This document shows positions 51,922 through 60,155 of a stretch of 64,000 nucleotides of DNA, in pieces (position 1 is the stretch's first letter; every line of letters starts with the position of its first letter). Origin of the DNA: a virus (Duplodnaviria; Caudoviricetes). Made by a program: the position numbers and the translations under genes. The stretch lies in the IMG/VR virus record IMGVR_UViG_3300020349_000003; one strand, written 5' to 3'. The notes under the pieces were generated by a model that made no database searches, was not told the DNA's origin, and worked only from the letters and a program-made list of their open reading frames with translations.

Positions 51922-51981
51922 GAATATTGTGATATCCTCGTTAACATTGACAGTCGGTAGATTACGTGCTAAGACTACATT

Positions 51982-52074
51982 TTCTCCACAGGTTTTCCAC
52001 AGTTAACTAACACTTAACCTAGTTTATTTAACCATTTAATTGTTTTCCACAAAAACACGATTACCTGTGGAAAA
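51982..52074. other. Cluster of four DnaA-box-like 9-mers around an AT-rich spacer
   Basis: TTCTCCACA 51982, TTTTCCACA 51993, TTTTCCACA 52043, TGTGGAAAA 52066. Confidence 0.7.
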
Positions 52075-52077
52075 GTA

Positions 52078-52218
52078 TCATTTAGTGACCCATAATCTGT
52101 TCTCTCTGATATACTCCCACTGTATGATGATTAACTCCTTTAAAGTAATAAACACATAATGCAATTGTTCTCCGTGAGTAACATCGTAGTGACTGTAATC
52201 CTTCTTGTTAATTGTCAT
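52078..52218 (-). CDS. 46-aa hypothetical protein (not in ORF track)
   Basis: MTINKKDYSHYDVTHGEQLHYVFITLKELIIIQWEYIRENRLWVTK; ATGA overlap. Confidence 0.6.
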   Translation of the reverse strand: MTINKKDYSHYDVTHGEQLHYVFITLKELIIIQWEYIRENRLWVTK

Positions 52219-52493
52219 TGTACATCTCCATATCTTCCCTCTTGTGATTTATACATAGCGGCACCATCTGTAGGTGCTTCCGTAACATTTAACAGGTGGA
52301 CATCTTTCCAATACTTGTTATTACATAAGAGGTTAACTTCTCCATATGGGTTACAACTACCTAATGCTAATTCGGGTGACTTTTTCCACCTTCTCAACGT
52401 GATAGTTATATACATTTTGTCAATGAAATTAACCTCTCCTTGTTCATCATTCCAGCGTACGATTTGTCCCTTCTTAAACTCATTGAAACGCAT
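52215..52493 (-). CDS. Hypothetical early protein
   Basis: Start moved to MRFNEFKKG to avoid overlap with the upstream gene. Confidence 0.65.
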   Translation of the reverse strand: MRFNEFKKGQIVRWNDEQGEVNFIDKMYITITLRRWKKSPELALGSCNPYGEVNLLCNNKYWKDVHLLNVTEAPTDGAAMYKSQEGRYGDVQ

Positions 52494-52503
52494 GTAATTA
52501 CCC

Positions 52504-52692
52504 TCAGTGATTGTCAACAATGTCCCAAAACCATCCGATTGATTTGATATAATCAAAGCATGAAAAACGTGGGAGATCTTTATATCTATCTCCCCTAGAG
52601 TTTCTAACACCGTCCATGTACAATTCTAGGTCACTAACTGTTTCAAACGTACCATGTAATTTGTCTGAGTTGTCATATACTTTATACTGCAT
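52504..52692 (-). CDS. Hypothetical early protein
   Basis: 62 aa, tightly packed. Confidence 0.65.
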   Translation of the reverse strand: MQYKVYDNSDKLHGTFETVSDLELYMDGVRNSRGDRYKDLPRFSCFDYIKSIGWFWDIVDNH

Positions 52693-52694
52693 GA

Positions 52695-52967
52695 TTAGAT
52701 GTGTATGTAATAACGTAGGTCACCAGATATCTCTCCATGAATGTTATTCTCTGGGTCATCTTTTAACCTACAAAATCTTCTTACTGGCACAACTGCCACA
52801 CAATCTTCATCCCAACATAGGGCATCTTGTAATAACATATCATCCGAAAATGATTGTAATTCTGTTAACAAATCAAGGTAAGTCATGGTGTCGTTTGTGT
52901 TAAATTGGTGAGCGTAACTATCCCATCCAGTTGTTAATATGTTCCAAGGGATTAGGATGGGGTGCAT
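52695..52967 (-). CDS. Hypothetical early protein
   Basis: 90 aa; alternative start at 52886 (MTYLDLL). Confidence 0.6.
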   Translation of the reverse strand: MHPILIPWNILTTGWDSYAHQFNTNDTMTYLDLLTELQSFSDDMLLQDALCWDEDCVAVVPVRRFCRLKDDPENNIHGEISGDLRYYIHI

Positions 52968-53285
52968 TTACTTATAGTGCAAATCTGTCGAGTAGTTAGT
53001 GTTACTATCATCTGGCAATTCCTCACCACTCTTTTTAACATACTCAGAGATAATCTCTCTTGCTTGTTTAAAGATAGGGTCGAAATTAAGACTACCTCGT
53101 AAATCATGAGCAACCTCATCTATCTGCTCTGATGTTAAACAATGGTCAGGATGTCTGACATCACATAGAGGGATAGTATGCTCTACTAACTCATTTAAAT
53201 TGATTGTAATCTCGTAGTCTCGATATACTGGCATAGTGTGATTTGCGTAGAGTTGTTCTAAATCAGGAGTGATGATTACGTCCAT
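52968..53285 (-). CDS. Hypothetical early protein
   Basis: 105 aa, acidic; start uncertain. Confidence 0.65.
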   Translation of the reverse strand: MDVIITPDLEQLYANHTMPVYRDYEITINLNELVEHTIPLCDVRHPDHCLTSEQIDEVAHDLRGSLNFDPIFKQAREIISEYVKKSGEELPDDSNTNYSTDLHYK

Positions 53286-53359
53286 TTGATGTTATTTAGA
53301 AGGTAAAAAAATCGGGGCGTGTAACCACAACCCTGACATATTGTTGATAGATCTATACA

Positions 53360-53488
53360 CTATTGGCATAAATCTTCAAACCTTGCATAAGCAATAGACT
53401 CGCATTGTTCTTCATCAAATTGAGGATATTCTTCTAATACTTCCTCATAGATTGTTTCTAATAGTGCTTCGTGATGTATAACTGACAT
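53360..53488 (-). CDS. Small acidic hypothetical protein
   Basis: 42 aa from MSVIHHE; AGGAG Shine-Dalgarno upstream. Confidence 0.65.
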   Translation of the reverse strand: MSVIHHEALLETIYEEVLEEYPQFDEEQCESIAYARFEDLCQ

Positions 53489-53493
53489 AATAA

Positions 53494-53721
53494 TTAAACT
53501 CCTACTAATGATACTGAATTTGCATAATCTTGTTTTAGATGTAAACAAGTCTTATGAATTTGGAAGAGTAAAGACATATCTACTCCCTCCCAATCTGTCC
53601 ACTCTGATACATAATCCCAAGCGTCAAAATCGCCTGTATTATCAACATTTAGTGGGCATGATTTGAATTCTAAATCTTCATCAATCCAGAAGATTCTTCC
53701 GAAAGCGTCACTACTATACAT
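53494..53721 (-). CDS. Acidic hypothetical protein
   Basis: 75 aa from MYSSDAF; GGAGG Shine-Dalgarno upstream. Confidence 0.7.
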   Translation of the reverse strand: MYSSDAFGRIFWIDEDLEFKSCPLNVDNTGDFDAWDYVSEWTDWEGVDMSLLFQIHKTCLHLKQDYANSVSLVGV

Positions 53722-53974
53722 TGTAAGTAACCTCCGTTGATGATACAAACTGCCATGAGTTTGAGTGGTCTACGTTGTTATCAACGTAAGAGAATGTATG
53801 AATCTTGTCATACACTTCATTGACATACTGTTCAGTAGTCATAATTCTTTTGGACATAGTTTGTCCCATAAATGTTAAGATTCTAAGGACTCTATCGTAC
53901 TGTTTAACACCGTTGCGTGTCTTTACAGGATAGTAGTCACTAACCATAGAACCAGTTTTTGAAGAAAGTTGCAT
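53714..53974 (-). CDS. Hypothetical early protein
   Basis: 86 aa from MQLSSK; GGAG Shine-Dalgarno upstream. Confidence 0.7.
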   Translation of the reverse strand: MQLSSKTGSMVSDYYPVKTRNGVKQYDRVLRILTFMGQTMSKRIMTTEQYVNEVYDKIHTFSYVDNNVDHSNSWQFVSSTEVTYNV

Positions 53975-54006
53975 AATAAACTCCGTAATGTGTGTAATAA
54001 ATGTGA

Positions 54007-54318
54007 TTAAACTTGGGACATTGCCAAGTCTTTGAGATAATCTTCTGCACAATCTTGTGCGTCTTCGATGTTATCAAAAGAACCGAGATTAACTGATGTA
54101 CCTATAAGGCAACCTTTAGAGTCATCATAGTTCATAGACTCAACCTTGAAAAGGTCTCCACCGTAGTGATAGATTGAAAGATTAGGGTCTAGAGTATTCT
54201 CACGTCTGTAAGAATCAAATGAAGAGGTTCTTACACCCTGAGACCACTCGAAACCTAGATAGTCGTCACATAGATTGACGCACTGTTGAAAAAGAGTTTT
54301 AGAATTTGAATTTGACAT
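54007..54318 (-). CDS. Hypothetical early protein
   Basis: 103 aa, directly after a boxed promoter. Confidence 0.7.
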   Translation of the reverse strand: MSNSNSKTLFQQCVNLCDDYLGFEWSQGVRTSSFDSYRRENTLDPNLSIYHYGGDLFKVESMNYDDSKGCLIGTSVNLGSFDNIEDAQDCAEDYLKDLAMSQV

Positions 54319-54385
54319 AATTTTGAAATTGAATGTTTGTTACCTTGTTAATCAAGTGATTTTGCTCTTCCTTGATTATGTACTT

Positions 54386-54444
54386 AATATAGCACAGATT
54401 TGAGCAAAAATCAAGCGACCTTGTGCCACTTTGTCTGCTGTCAC
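54386..54444 (-). promoter_or_regulatory. Early promoter with 22-bp box (copy 2)
   Basis: Box gtgccactttgtctgctgtcac at 54423-54444; TTGATT-17-TATATT. Confidence 0.8.
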
Positions 54445-54449
54445 TGGGT

Positions 54450-54659
54450 TTATCTGATGTAACCGTTTTCGGTTACCATGAAAGCATCTAGTCTAGCGAT
54501 GTCTAGGTCAGCATCATCGAAATCGATTTTAGCACACCCATAAACTCCCCACTCTGCTAACTCCTGACAGAACTCCATCCAGTTAGCACATACGCAAGCA
54601 ACATTCTGGAAGTTCTCAACTTCGAGAATTCTGTTGATGATGGTTTGAGTTTTTGACAT
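54450..54659 (-). CDS. Hypothetical early protein
   Basis: 69 aa from MSKTQ, downstream of a -10 element. Confidence 0.7.
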   Translation of the reverse strand: MSKTQTIINRILEVENFQNVACVCANWMEFCQELAEWGVYGCAKIDFDDADLDIARLDAFMVTENGYIR

Positions 54660-54686
54660 AATAGTTCTTTTCTTTGGTATATACCT

Positions 54687-54745
54687 ATTATACACACGCA
54701 ACTACCCCAAATGGGAAAAATATGTGCCAGTTTATCCACTGGCAC
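54687..54745 (-). promoter_or_regulatory. Early promoter with 22-bp box (copy 3, perfect palindrome)
   Basis: GTGCCAGT-ttatcc-ACTGGCAC at 54724-54745; TATAAT about 31 nt downstream. Confidence 0.85.
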
Positions 54746-54761
54746 AAGATCTGTTGACTGT

Positions 54762-55007
54762 TTATTTAACTACACTTAGTGTTACAGATGGTGCTGTTAC
54801 GTTATCAACTAACTCATCAAATAGTTCAGGGTCGTAATCATCTATGTTCTCTTTTAACTCTGTTGATGTAAACTCTCCGTATGTAAATACGAGGTCATCA
54901 AGTACATATTGTGCAAGAGTCTTTACGTCCATGTTATCAACTAAGAGTTCAGCATACTGCTCAATTAGTTCTTTCTTTTGTGCTGGTGTGAATGATACTT
55001 TAGTCAT
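54762..55007 (-). CDS. Acidic hypothetical protein
   Basis: 81 aa from MTKVSF. Confidence 0.7.
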   Translation of the reverse strand: MTKVSFTPAQKKELIEQYAELLVDNMDVKTLAQYVLDDLVFTYGEFTSTELKENIDDYDPELFDELVDNVTAPSVTLSVVK

Positions 55008-55305
55008 GGAAACCTGTAATGAATGGTTCGGGGTTAATGTTACATAGGGCATCTATCTCTGCCTCGTGAATGTCAACTGCTGTCTCTAACTTCTCAAAGA
55101 TGTTATCAACATCCTCATTAAATGTCTCATCGTTAGTATCATCACTGTTAACAATGTACCCTTCTAAAACATATAGAATGGTGCTAATTTGGTCAACAGT
55201 TAGTGATACTGGCAACTCACAATCTTCAATACCACGTTGTAAGTTAGTCTTAGCATCTAACTCACTATCTGTTGAGTTAGGGTTTGCAGTTTGCTGGTAA
55301 TTCAT
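55000..55305 (-). CDS. Highly acidic hypothetical protein
   Basis: 101 aa; GGAGG Shine-Dalgarno. Confidence 0.7.
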   Translation of the reverse strand: MNYQQTANPNSTDSELDAKTNLQRGIEDCELPVSLTVDQISTILYVLEGYIVNSDDTNDETFNEDVDNIFEKLETAVDIHEAEIDALCNINPEPFITGFHD

Positions 55306-55463
55306 GTTAACCTCCAGTCGTATTTGGTAATGGATTCTTTACACTCAGGACATGTTAATCCTGAGAAGTTGAAGTGATAAACTGTGCGTACTGATTCACA
55401 TTTAGGACACGCAATCTGTTTGCCATTCTTACCACTTCGAGTGTAACGATTAACATGTTTCAT
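55302..55463 (-). CDS. 53-aa zinc-ribbon protein (not in ORF track)
   Basis: MKHVNRYTRSGKNGKQIACPKCESVRTVYHFNFSGLTCPECKESITKYDWRLT; two CxxC motifs; ATGA overlaps on both sides. Confidence 0.8.
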   Translation of the reverse strand: MKHVNRYTRSGKNGKQIACPKCESVRTVYHFNFSGLTCPECKESITKYDWRLT

Positions 55464-55669
55464 GTTAACCACTTTTCATCAGTTGTTTCTAACATTTTAC
55501 CCACCTTATATTCATATCCTTCACAATACTCAACCTCTTCATAATGTTTGCAATGTTCAAAATCAGATGCAATTCTCTTTGCTTCAGTCTTATTTTCTGC
55601 ACCAACTGTTACTGAATAGTAAACAACTTTCTTTGCTGAAAATGTGTAACTGTTTAATAGTTCACTCAT
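55460..55669 (-). CDS. Hypothetical early protein
   Basis: 69 aa from MSELLNSY; GGAGG Shine-Dalgarno. Confidence 0.7.
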   Translation of the reverse strand: MSELLNSYTFSAKKVVYYSVTVGAENKTEAKRIASDFEHCKHYEEVEYCEGYEYKVGKMLETTDEKWLT

Positions 55670-55829
55670 TAGAATTGTCCTCCATAGAATCAGGTAAGTG
55701 TGCAATCGTTAATACTTTATCAAACAAATTTGTTTGATTTGTTGTAAACTCAAAGTCCATATCTCTGAGTGTATCGTATAACTTAACGAACTCATATAGT
55801 TCGTCATTAGTAACTCGAATCATTCTCAT
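55662..55829 (-). CDS. 55-aa hypothetical protein (not in ORF track)
   Basis: MRMIRVTNDELYEFVKLYDTLRDMDFEF...; TAATG coupling. Confidence 0.65.
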   Translation of the reverse strand: MRMIRVTNDELYEFVKLYDTLRDMDFEFTTNQTNLFDKVLTIAHLPDSMEDNSNE

Positions 55830-56065
55830 TATGCCTCCCAATAAAGTGAATTAAACTCTGCAATGTTTAGGTGTTCATCATCATGTACACGACCTAATTG
55901 CTCATCATCACCATCACAATCAAAGATGAATTCTTCACAAAAGTATTCAACTGAGCAACCTAATCTCTCTGCTGCTCTTAAGAATTCTCCGATATGTTCA
56001 TCGGATAAATCTAACTCATCAATGCAAAATGCAATGTCACGTTCTAATTGAGATTTGCTCATCAT
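55829..56065 (-). CDS. Highly acidic hypothetical protein
   Basis: 78 aa; GGAGG Shine-Dalgarno. Confidence 0.7.
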   Translation of the reverse strand: MMSKSQLERDIAFCIDELDLSDEHIGEFLRAAERLGCSVEYFCEEFIFDCDGDDEQLGRVHDDEHLNIAEFNSLYWEA

Positions 56066-56301
56066 GCACCTCCAAAGGAAAATTGTGGACTTTGTAGTAA
56101 AATATCTCTTACATGTTCTCTATCTAAACTATCACCATCACCCCATGAATATTCGGGCATTGATGGATAACAACACATCTGCAAGTATAACCAACTTGCC
56201 TCTAATATGTCTTGCTTTGTTAAACCTTTGATAGGATAAAGGTCGGATTGTGGGTTATAAAATGACCACACATAATCAATGAATTCTTGTAAATTGTTCA
56301 T
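56062..56301 (-). CDS. Hypothetical early protein
   Basis: 79 aa; WGDGDSLDREHVRD motif; GGAGG Shine-Dalgarno. Confidence 0.7.
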   Translation of the reverse strand: MNNLQEFIDYVWSFYNPQSDLYPIKGLTKQDILEASWLYLQMCCYPSMPEYSWGDGDSLDREHVRDILLQSPQFSFGGA

Positions 56302-56420
56302 TACTTTTTACCTCCCTTAGTTGTAGATTTGGTTGATAGATTTGATAAGAAGTAATAACGAATTGTTGGAGTTGGATTTAACAACTGTTCATACACTTCT
56401 TTTGAAAGACTTGTTTTCAT
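56301..56420 (-). CDS. 39-aa hypothetical protein (not in ORF track)
   Basis: MKTSLSKEVYEQLLNPTPTIRYYFLSNLSTKSTTKGGKK; TAATG coupling. Confidence 0.55.
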   Translation of the reverse strand: MKTSLSKEVYEQLLNPTPTIRYYFLSNLSTKSTTKGGKK

Positions 56421-56445
56421 TAGTTGAATTCGTTTGAACATTCTT

Positions 56446-56503
56446 ATTATAAGGGATATTCAAGGGTAATGGGGTGAATAGTGGACAGTTTGAGATCTGT
56501 CAC
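56446..56503 (-). promoter_or_regulatory. Early promoter with 22-bp box (copy 4)
   Basis: tggacagtttgagatctgtcac at 56482-56503; TATAAT 30 nt downstream. Confidence 0.75.
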
Positions 56504-56697
56504 ACATTAATTGATATCATTACATCAGGTGCTAATGTAAGATATACTAAAGGTGGAAATGTTGGTTCAATATCAATAACCTCTAGTGAATTAGCAGGGA
56601 AATATCTACCATTAGAGTCATCATAAAAGGTGACTTCAGTGTTACTTTGTTCATCAGTTAACTTGCTTAAATGTTCTGCTAATTCTTTATATGTCAT
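56500..56697 (-). CDS. Hypothetical early protein
   Basis: 65 aa; MTYKELAEHL resembles the MTYLDLLTEL start within the 52695 ORF. Confidence 0.65.
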   Translation of the reverse strand: MTYKELAEHLSKLTDEQSNTEVTFYDDSNGRYFPANSLEVIDIEPTFPPLVYLTLAPDVMISINV

Positions 56698-56699
56698 AG

Positions 56700-56837
56700 T
56701 TAGTATAATTTAACCTCTGCTCTTATATTTAAATGTTTAAAGTTTTCAATACAATCTAATGCTAATTGATATGTTTTAAATGATAAATGTCTGCACATAG
56801 ATTCATTTTGGAACCAGTATCTAACAGTTGTGTTCAT
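56700..56837 (-). CDS. 45-aa hypothetical protein (not in ORF track)
   Basis: MNTTVRYWFQNESMCRHLSFKTYQLALDCIENFKHLNIRAEVKLY. Confidence 0.55.
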   Translation of the reverse strand: MNTTVRYWFQNESMCRHLSFKTYQLALDCIENFKHLNIRAEVKLY

Positions 56838-56840
56838 AAT

Positions 56841-56863
56841 AAAAAGGGGGGATATTATCCCCC
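56841..56863 (-). terminator. Intrinsic terminator
   Basis: GGGGGATA-a-TATCCCCC followed by CTTTTT. Confidence 0.75.
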
Positions 56864-56881
56864 ATAAGTGTACATTTAGAA

Positions 56882-56983
56882 TTAAGAGTTTGCTATGAAG
56901 TCCTCAATGATTTGAACAACTTCTGCACTTGTTTGTGCATCTTCAAGTAGATTGAATAGAGCAACTTCAGGATTAAATGCCAT
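56882..56983 (-). CDS. 33-aa acidic helical peptide (not in ORF track)
   Basis: MAFNPEVALFNLLEDAQTSAEVVQIIEDFIANS, followed by a terminator. Confidence 0.55.
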   Translation of the reverse strand: MAFNPEVALFNLLEDAQTSAEVVQIIEDFIANS

Positions 56984-57046
56984 GATTGTAGTAAAGAAAG
57001 GAACATCAAATAGCAGTTTAGAGTCATACTTAGGACTAAGGATTGA

Positions 57047-57376
57047 TTATCTTATGTAAAGATAACCACCCGCCCAATCTGCTCTTGAATAACACTCTTG
57101 ACGTTGAGAAATGATTCTTAAATCATATCTAACGTGCTTCGCTGGTGCTCTCCAAGATGCAGGTTTGTAAACTTCTCCAGTTTGCTTATCAATGAAGGCA
57201 TGAACTCCTCCATCAACTTGATTAATCTTTATGTACTTACGACCAACCGATGTCTCGAACTTTACAGGACTTGTAGAATCAGGGTAACGACTTGTGTAGT
57301 TTGCTTCAAGAGCATCTACCAAATCCATTGCCCACATTTCAACTCGTGCGGTTTGTGATAAGTTTGAGACTGTCAT
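57047..57376 (-). CDS. Conserved phage early protein
   Basis: GRKYIKI..VHAFIDKQTGEVYKPASWRAPAKHVRY motif; start placed downstream of the -10 element. Confidence 0.8.
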   Translation of the reverse strand: MTVSNLSQTARVEMWAMDLVDALEANYTSRYPDSTSPVKFETSVGRKYIKINQVDGGVHAFIDKQTGEVYKPASWRAPAKHVRYDLRIISQRQECYSRADWAGGYLYIR

Positions 57377-57403
57377 AGAGGTGTCTTTGTTTGGTACTCT
57401 GTT

Positions 57404-57460
57404 ATTATAAGTCATTTTAGAGGCAGTGGGGAGAATAGTGTGCAGTTTGAGATCTGGCAC
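57404..57460 (-). promoter_or_regulatory. Early promoter with 22-bp box (copy 5)
   Basis: tgtgcagtttgagatctggcac at 57439-57460; TATAAT 29 nt downstream. Confidence 0.75.
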
Positions 57461-57461
57461 A

Positions 57462-58709
57462 CTAGACGTATGCTCTTGGTGGAATACCCTCTATAAAGAT
57501 ATATGAAACAATAGATTTCAATCTATCTGCTATTCTCTTACCATACTTACCAGTCATAGGTACAACTATTTGACCATGACTTTTATGGTATAAGTTATAC
57601 TGACCAGCAGGTATCTTACCCTCCTTCATTGATACTCTATCCTTCTCATGTATCCTAATAACTCTACCTATTGTCTGTGCCATTTCAATGGTAGGTAGAT
57701 TTCTAAGCATGATTGAATGAGTCAATCCAGGAACATTTATACCCTCTGATAGTATAGAATAATGGAAGATTACGAACTTCTTAGTATCATCTTTGCCCCA
57801 ATCTGTAAGGACTTGGAAGAACTTTTCTCTACCAACTTTCTTACCATTGATAACAGCACCATGCTTAGATGTGATGTGCATGATGTTATAATCATGCTCT
57901 AATAACCATGACTGAATATCAGTTTGTGAGAGCATATTCCACATGATTCTTGTTGTTGGAGCACTCACAAGTACCTTTGGATTGTTATCAGTTATGCTAG
58001 TAAGTATGTCCTTTAAGTTATCACTATCAACCTCATGTGCGTTCTGTTTAGTACGCTCTCTATCGGTCTCAAATGGTATAACTTTAGGGTACAAGATAGT
58101 GCCACTATCTATTAACTCCTTAGCAGCAGTTTCTTCTAACTTCTCACCATATATCTCCGCATTATTCATACCACGTTCCGCACTAATACTATTCTTAGAA
58201 CGTGAAATGCGTGGAGTAGCAGTAAAGAAGAAGCGTGGTATTTGAAACTTAGCAACTCTCTTTACTTGCTGAAAGAATACTTTGCTAGTGCCATTGTGTG
58301 CCTCATCAAAGTATATTCTATCGATATTTACACTACTATCTAATACTCTGTGGAGTGAATGATAGGTAGTAAATATCAACTTATCACTAGCATTATTACA
58401 TGCCCAGTGTGTTAATTCTTCGTGTTTTGTGGTGCTAAAATGATGTGTTTCACCACTATGTACATGTGCTATTTGTACATTTGGAATAACAGATTCAAAC
58501 TCATTAGATAATTGATTAGCAAGCAATATGCGTGGTGCTACTATAACAATTGTCTGTGATTTGCGTGTAGTTTGTGATAATATTCTATCGCAATCTGCTA
58601 TCATAATGAATGTTTTACCACCACCAGTAGGTATAATAATCTGACCACAATCTGCTGCGGTCATGTTATCATAAGCACGTCTTTGGTGTGGTCTCAATGT
58701 GTCTTTCAA
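57462..58709 (-). CDS. Superfamily II DEAH-box helicase (ResIII-like)
   Basis: LRPHQ, PTGGGKT, DEAH, TATP, LSEGINVPGL and QTIGRVIR motifs; TTG start. Confidence 0.9.
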   Translation of the reverse strand: MKDTLRPHQRRAYDNMTAADCGQIIIPTGGGKTFIMIADCDRILSQTTRKSQTIVIVAPRILLANQLSNEFESVIPNVQIAHVHSGETHHFSTTKHEELTHWACNNASDKLIFTTYHSLHRVLDSSVNIDRIYFDEAHNGTSKVFFQQVKRVAKFQIPRFFFTATPRISRSKNSISAERGMNNAEIYGEKLEETAAKELIDSGTILYPKVIPFETDRERTKQNAHEVDSDNLKDILTSITDNNPKVLVSAPTTRIMWNMLSQTDIQSWLLEHDYNIMHITSKHGAVINGKKVGREKFFQVLTDWGKDDTKKFVIFHYSILSEGINVPGLTHSIMLRNLPTIEMAQTIGRVIRIHEKDRVSMKEGKIPAGQYNLYHKSHGQIVVPMTGKYGKRIADRLKSIVSYIFIEGIPPRAYV

Positions 58710-58733
58710 AGATTCATTTTAAAGGACATTATC

Positions 58734-58792
58734 ATTATAAACAAAAAAACCACCCTTGTGGGGTGGTTGTGTGCAGGTTTGTTGACTGTCAC
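58734..58792 (-). promoter_or_regulatory. Early promoter with 22-bp box (copy 6) and an embedded terminator hairpin
   Basis: gtgcaggtttgttgactgtcac at 58771-58792; AACCACCC-cacaa-GGGTGGTTTTTTT lies between the box and TATAAT. Confidence 0.75.
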
Positions 58793-58793
58793 A

Positions 58794-59078
58794 CTAAGCG
58801 GTTACTCCTGTCTCTTTTAGAATTAGTTTAACAAATCCCTCAAGATATACTAGAGGAAGTATTACTAACTCAAGACCATTTAACTCGGTTAGGTTTCTTC
58901 TTTTCACATCAACTTTCACTTCTTGTTTAACAGTTTCAGTCACAATAGGGTCTCCATTGAGTTTAGTTTCGACTGTTGTATTTAGTGGAGTTGGTGTTAC
59001 TTTCTTTGCAGTTGCCTTGCGTGTTCTTCTCTTACGTGGTGTTGTAGTTGAAGACTTACGAGGTGTTGCAGTTGGCAT
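58794..59078 (-). CDS. Protein with Lys/Arg/Thr-rich basic N-terminus
   Basis: MPTATPRKSSTTTPRKRRTRKATAKKVTP; hydrophobic C-terminal helix. Confidence 0.75.
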   Translation of the reverse strand: MPTATPRKSSTTTPRKRRTRKATAKKVTPTPLNTTVETKLNGDPIVTETVKQEVKVDVKRRNLTELNGLELVILPLVYLEGFVKLILKETGVTA

Positions 59079-59127
59079 AGATTAAGAAATCAAATGAATA
59101 ATGTGTTGAGGATGTCTCAACAATACT

Positions 59128-59185
59128 ATTATACATCATTCAGCAGTGTTGTCAGTGGGTTGTGTGCCTCTTTGTCAGTTGGCAC
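59128..59185 (-). promoter_or_regulatory. Early promoter with 22-bp box (copy 7), inside the MTase 3' end
   Basis: gtgcctctttgtcagttggcac at 59164-59185; TATAAT 30 nt downstream. Confidence 0.7.
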
Positions 59186-60091
59186 ATGGTATTCTCTCAC
59201 TCTCTCCTCTATTAAATGACCATAATCCTCATGCAATTCACACCCTAAGTAATACCTACCTAATGATTTTGCCACTGCTGCTGTTGTACCACTACCCATA
59301 AATGGGTCGAGTACAATATCATTTAGTGCTGAACCTGCTTTGATACATGGTTCAATTAATTCAGGTGGGAAAGTAGCAAAATGAGCACCCTTATATGGTT
59401 TCTTAGTTATACTCCATACACTACGTTTGTTCTTTGTTGGATATGATTTAGTGAGACCAGTATGAGGTGATAAACCTGTACCTTCATTGTGATATTTGCC
59501 TTTAGATCTATCACGAGTTCCCCAATCTTTAGCAGGTTCTTTAATAGAATCATTATCATAATAGTAGTTCTTATTCTTACTTAAGAGGAAGATATACTCA
59601 TGTGCTTTTGTACATCTATCTCTTACACTTTCGGGCATTGGGTTAGGTTTATGCCATATAATATCTTGCCTTAAGTACCATCCATCTGCCCTCAATGCAA
59701 ATGCCAACATCCAAGGAATACCAATTAAATCTTTCTCTTTATATCCTTTTAGTTTGTTAGATCTACGAGGTGTAGTTACAGGTAAATCTTGTCTATTATT
59801 AGAGAATGTTTGTTTAGGGATACATCCATCTTTCCTATAATTATAATAACTATCACCAATATTCAACCACAATGTACCATCATCAGTCAATACATTTCTA
59901 ACTTCTCTGAACACATTAACCATCTCGTTAACATATTCTTCTGGTGATTGTTCTTGTCCTATTTGATTGTCTTCTCCTCCATAATCTCTTAGTCCGTAAT
60001 ATGGTGGTGATGTTACACACATCCTCGCACTATTTGGTAAGAACGCTGATAACGTCTTACGACAATCTCCAAATAAAATTGTGTCTTTCAT
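59129..60091 (-). CDS. Beta-class amino DNA methyltransferase (N4-C/N6-A)
   Basis: VTSPPY catalytic motif precedes HFATFP and DPFMGSGTT; start MKDTIL. Confidence 0.92.
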   Translation of the reverse strand: MKDTILFGDCRKTLSAFLPNSARMCVTSPPYYGLRDYGGEDNQIGQEQSPEEYVNEMVNVFREVRNVLTDDGTLWLNIGDSYYNYRKDGCIPKQTFSNNRQDLPVTTPRRSNKLKGYKEKDLIGIPWMLAFALRADGWYLRQDIIWHKPNPMPESVRDRCTKAHEYIFLLSKNKNYYYDNDSIKEPAKDWGTRDRSKGKYHNEGTGLSPHTGLTKSYPTKNKRSVWSITKKPYKGAHFATFPPELIEPCIKAGSALNDIVLDPFMGSGTTAAVAKSLGRYYLGCELHEDYGHLIEERVREYHVPTDKEAHNPLTTLLNDV

Positions 60092-60106
60092 GTGCCTATT
60101 ATACAT

Positions 60107-60135
60107 TAAAAAAGAGGGTTTTGCAACCCTCTTTT
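60107..60135 (-). terminator. Intrinsic terminator overlapping the MTase promoter
   Basis: AAAAGAGGGTT-gcaa-AACCCTCTTTTTT. Confidence 0.85.
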
Positions 60136-60155
60136 ACGCAATTTGTCATTTAGTC

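Noticed and set aside
2590-60153. All plus-strand ORFs and short out-of-frame minus-strand ORFs
   Set aside because: They lie antisense to or within well-supported genes and show no motifs; they are shadow ORFs from codon bias
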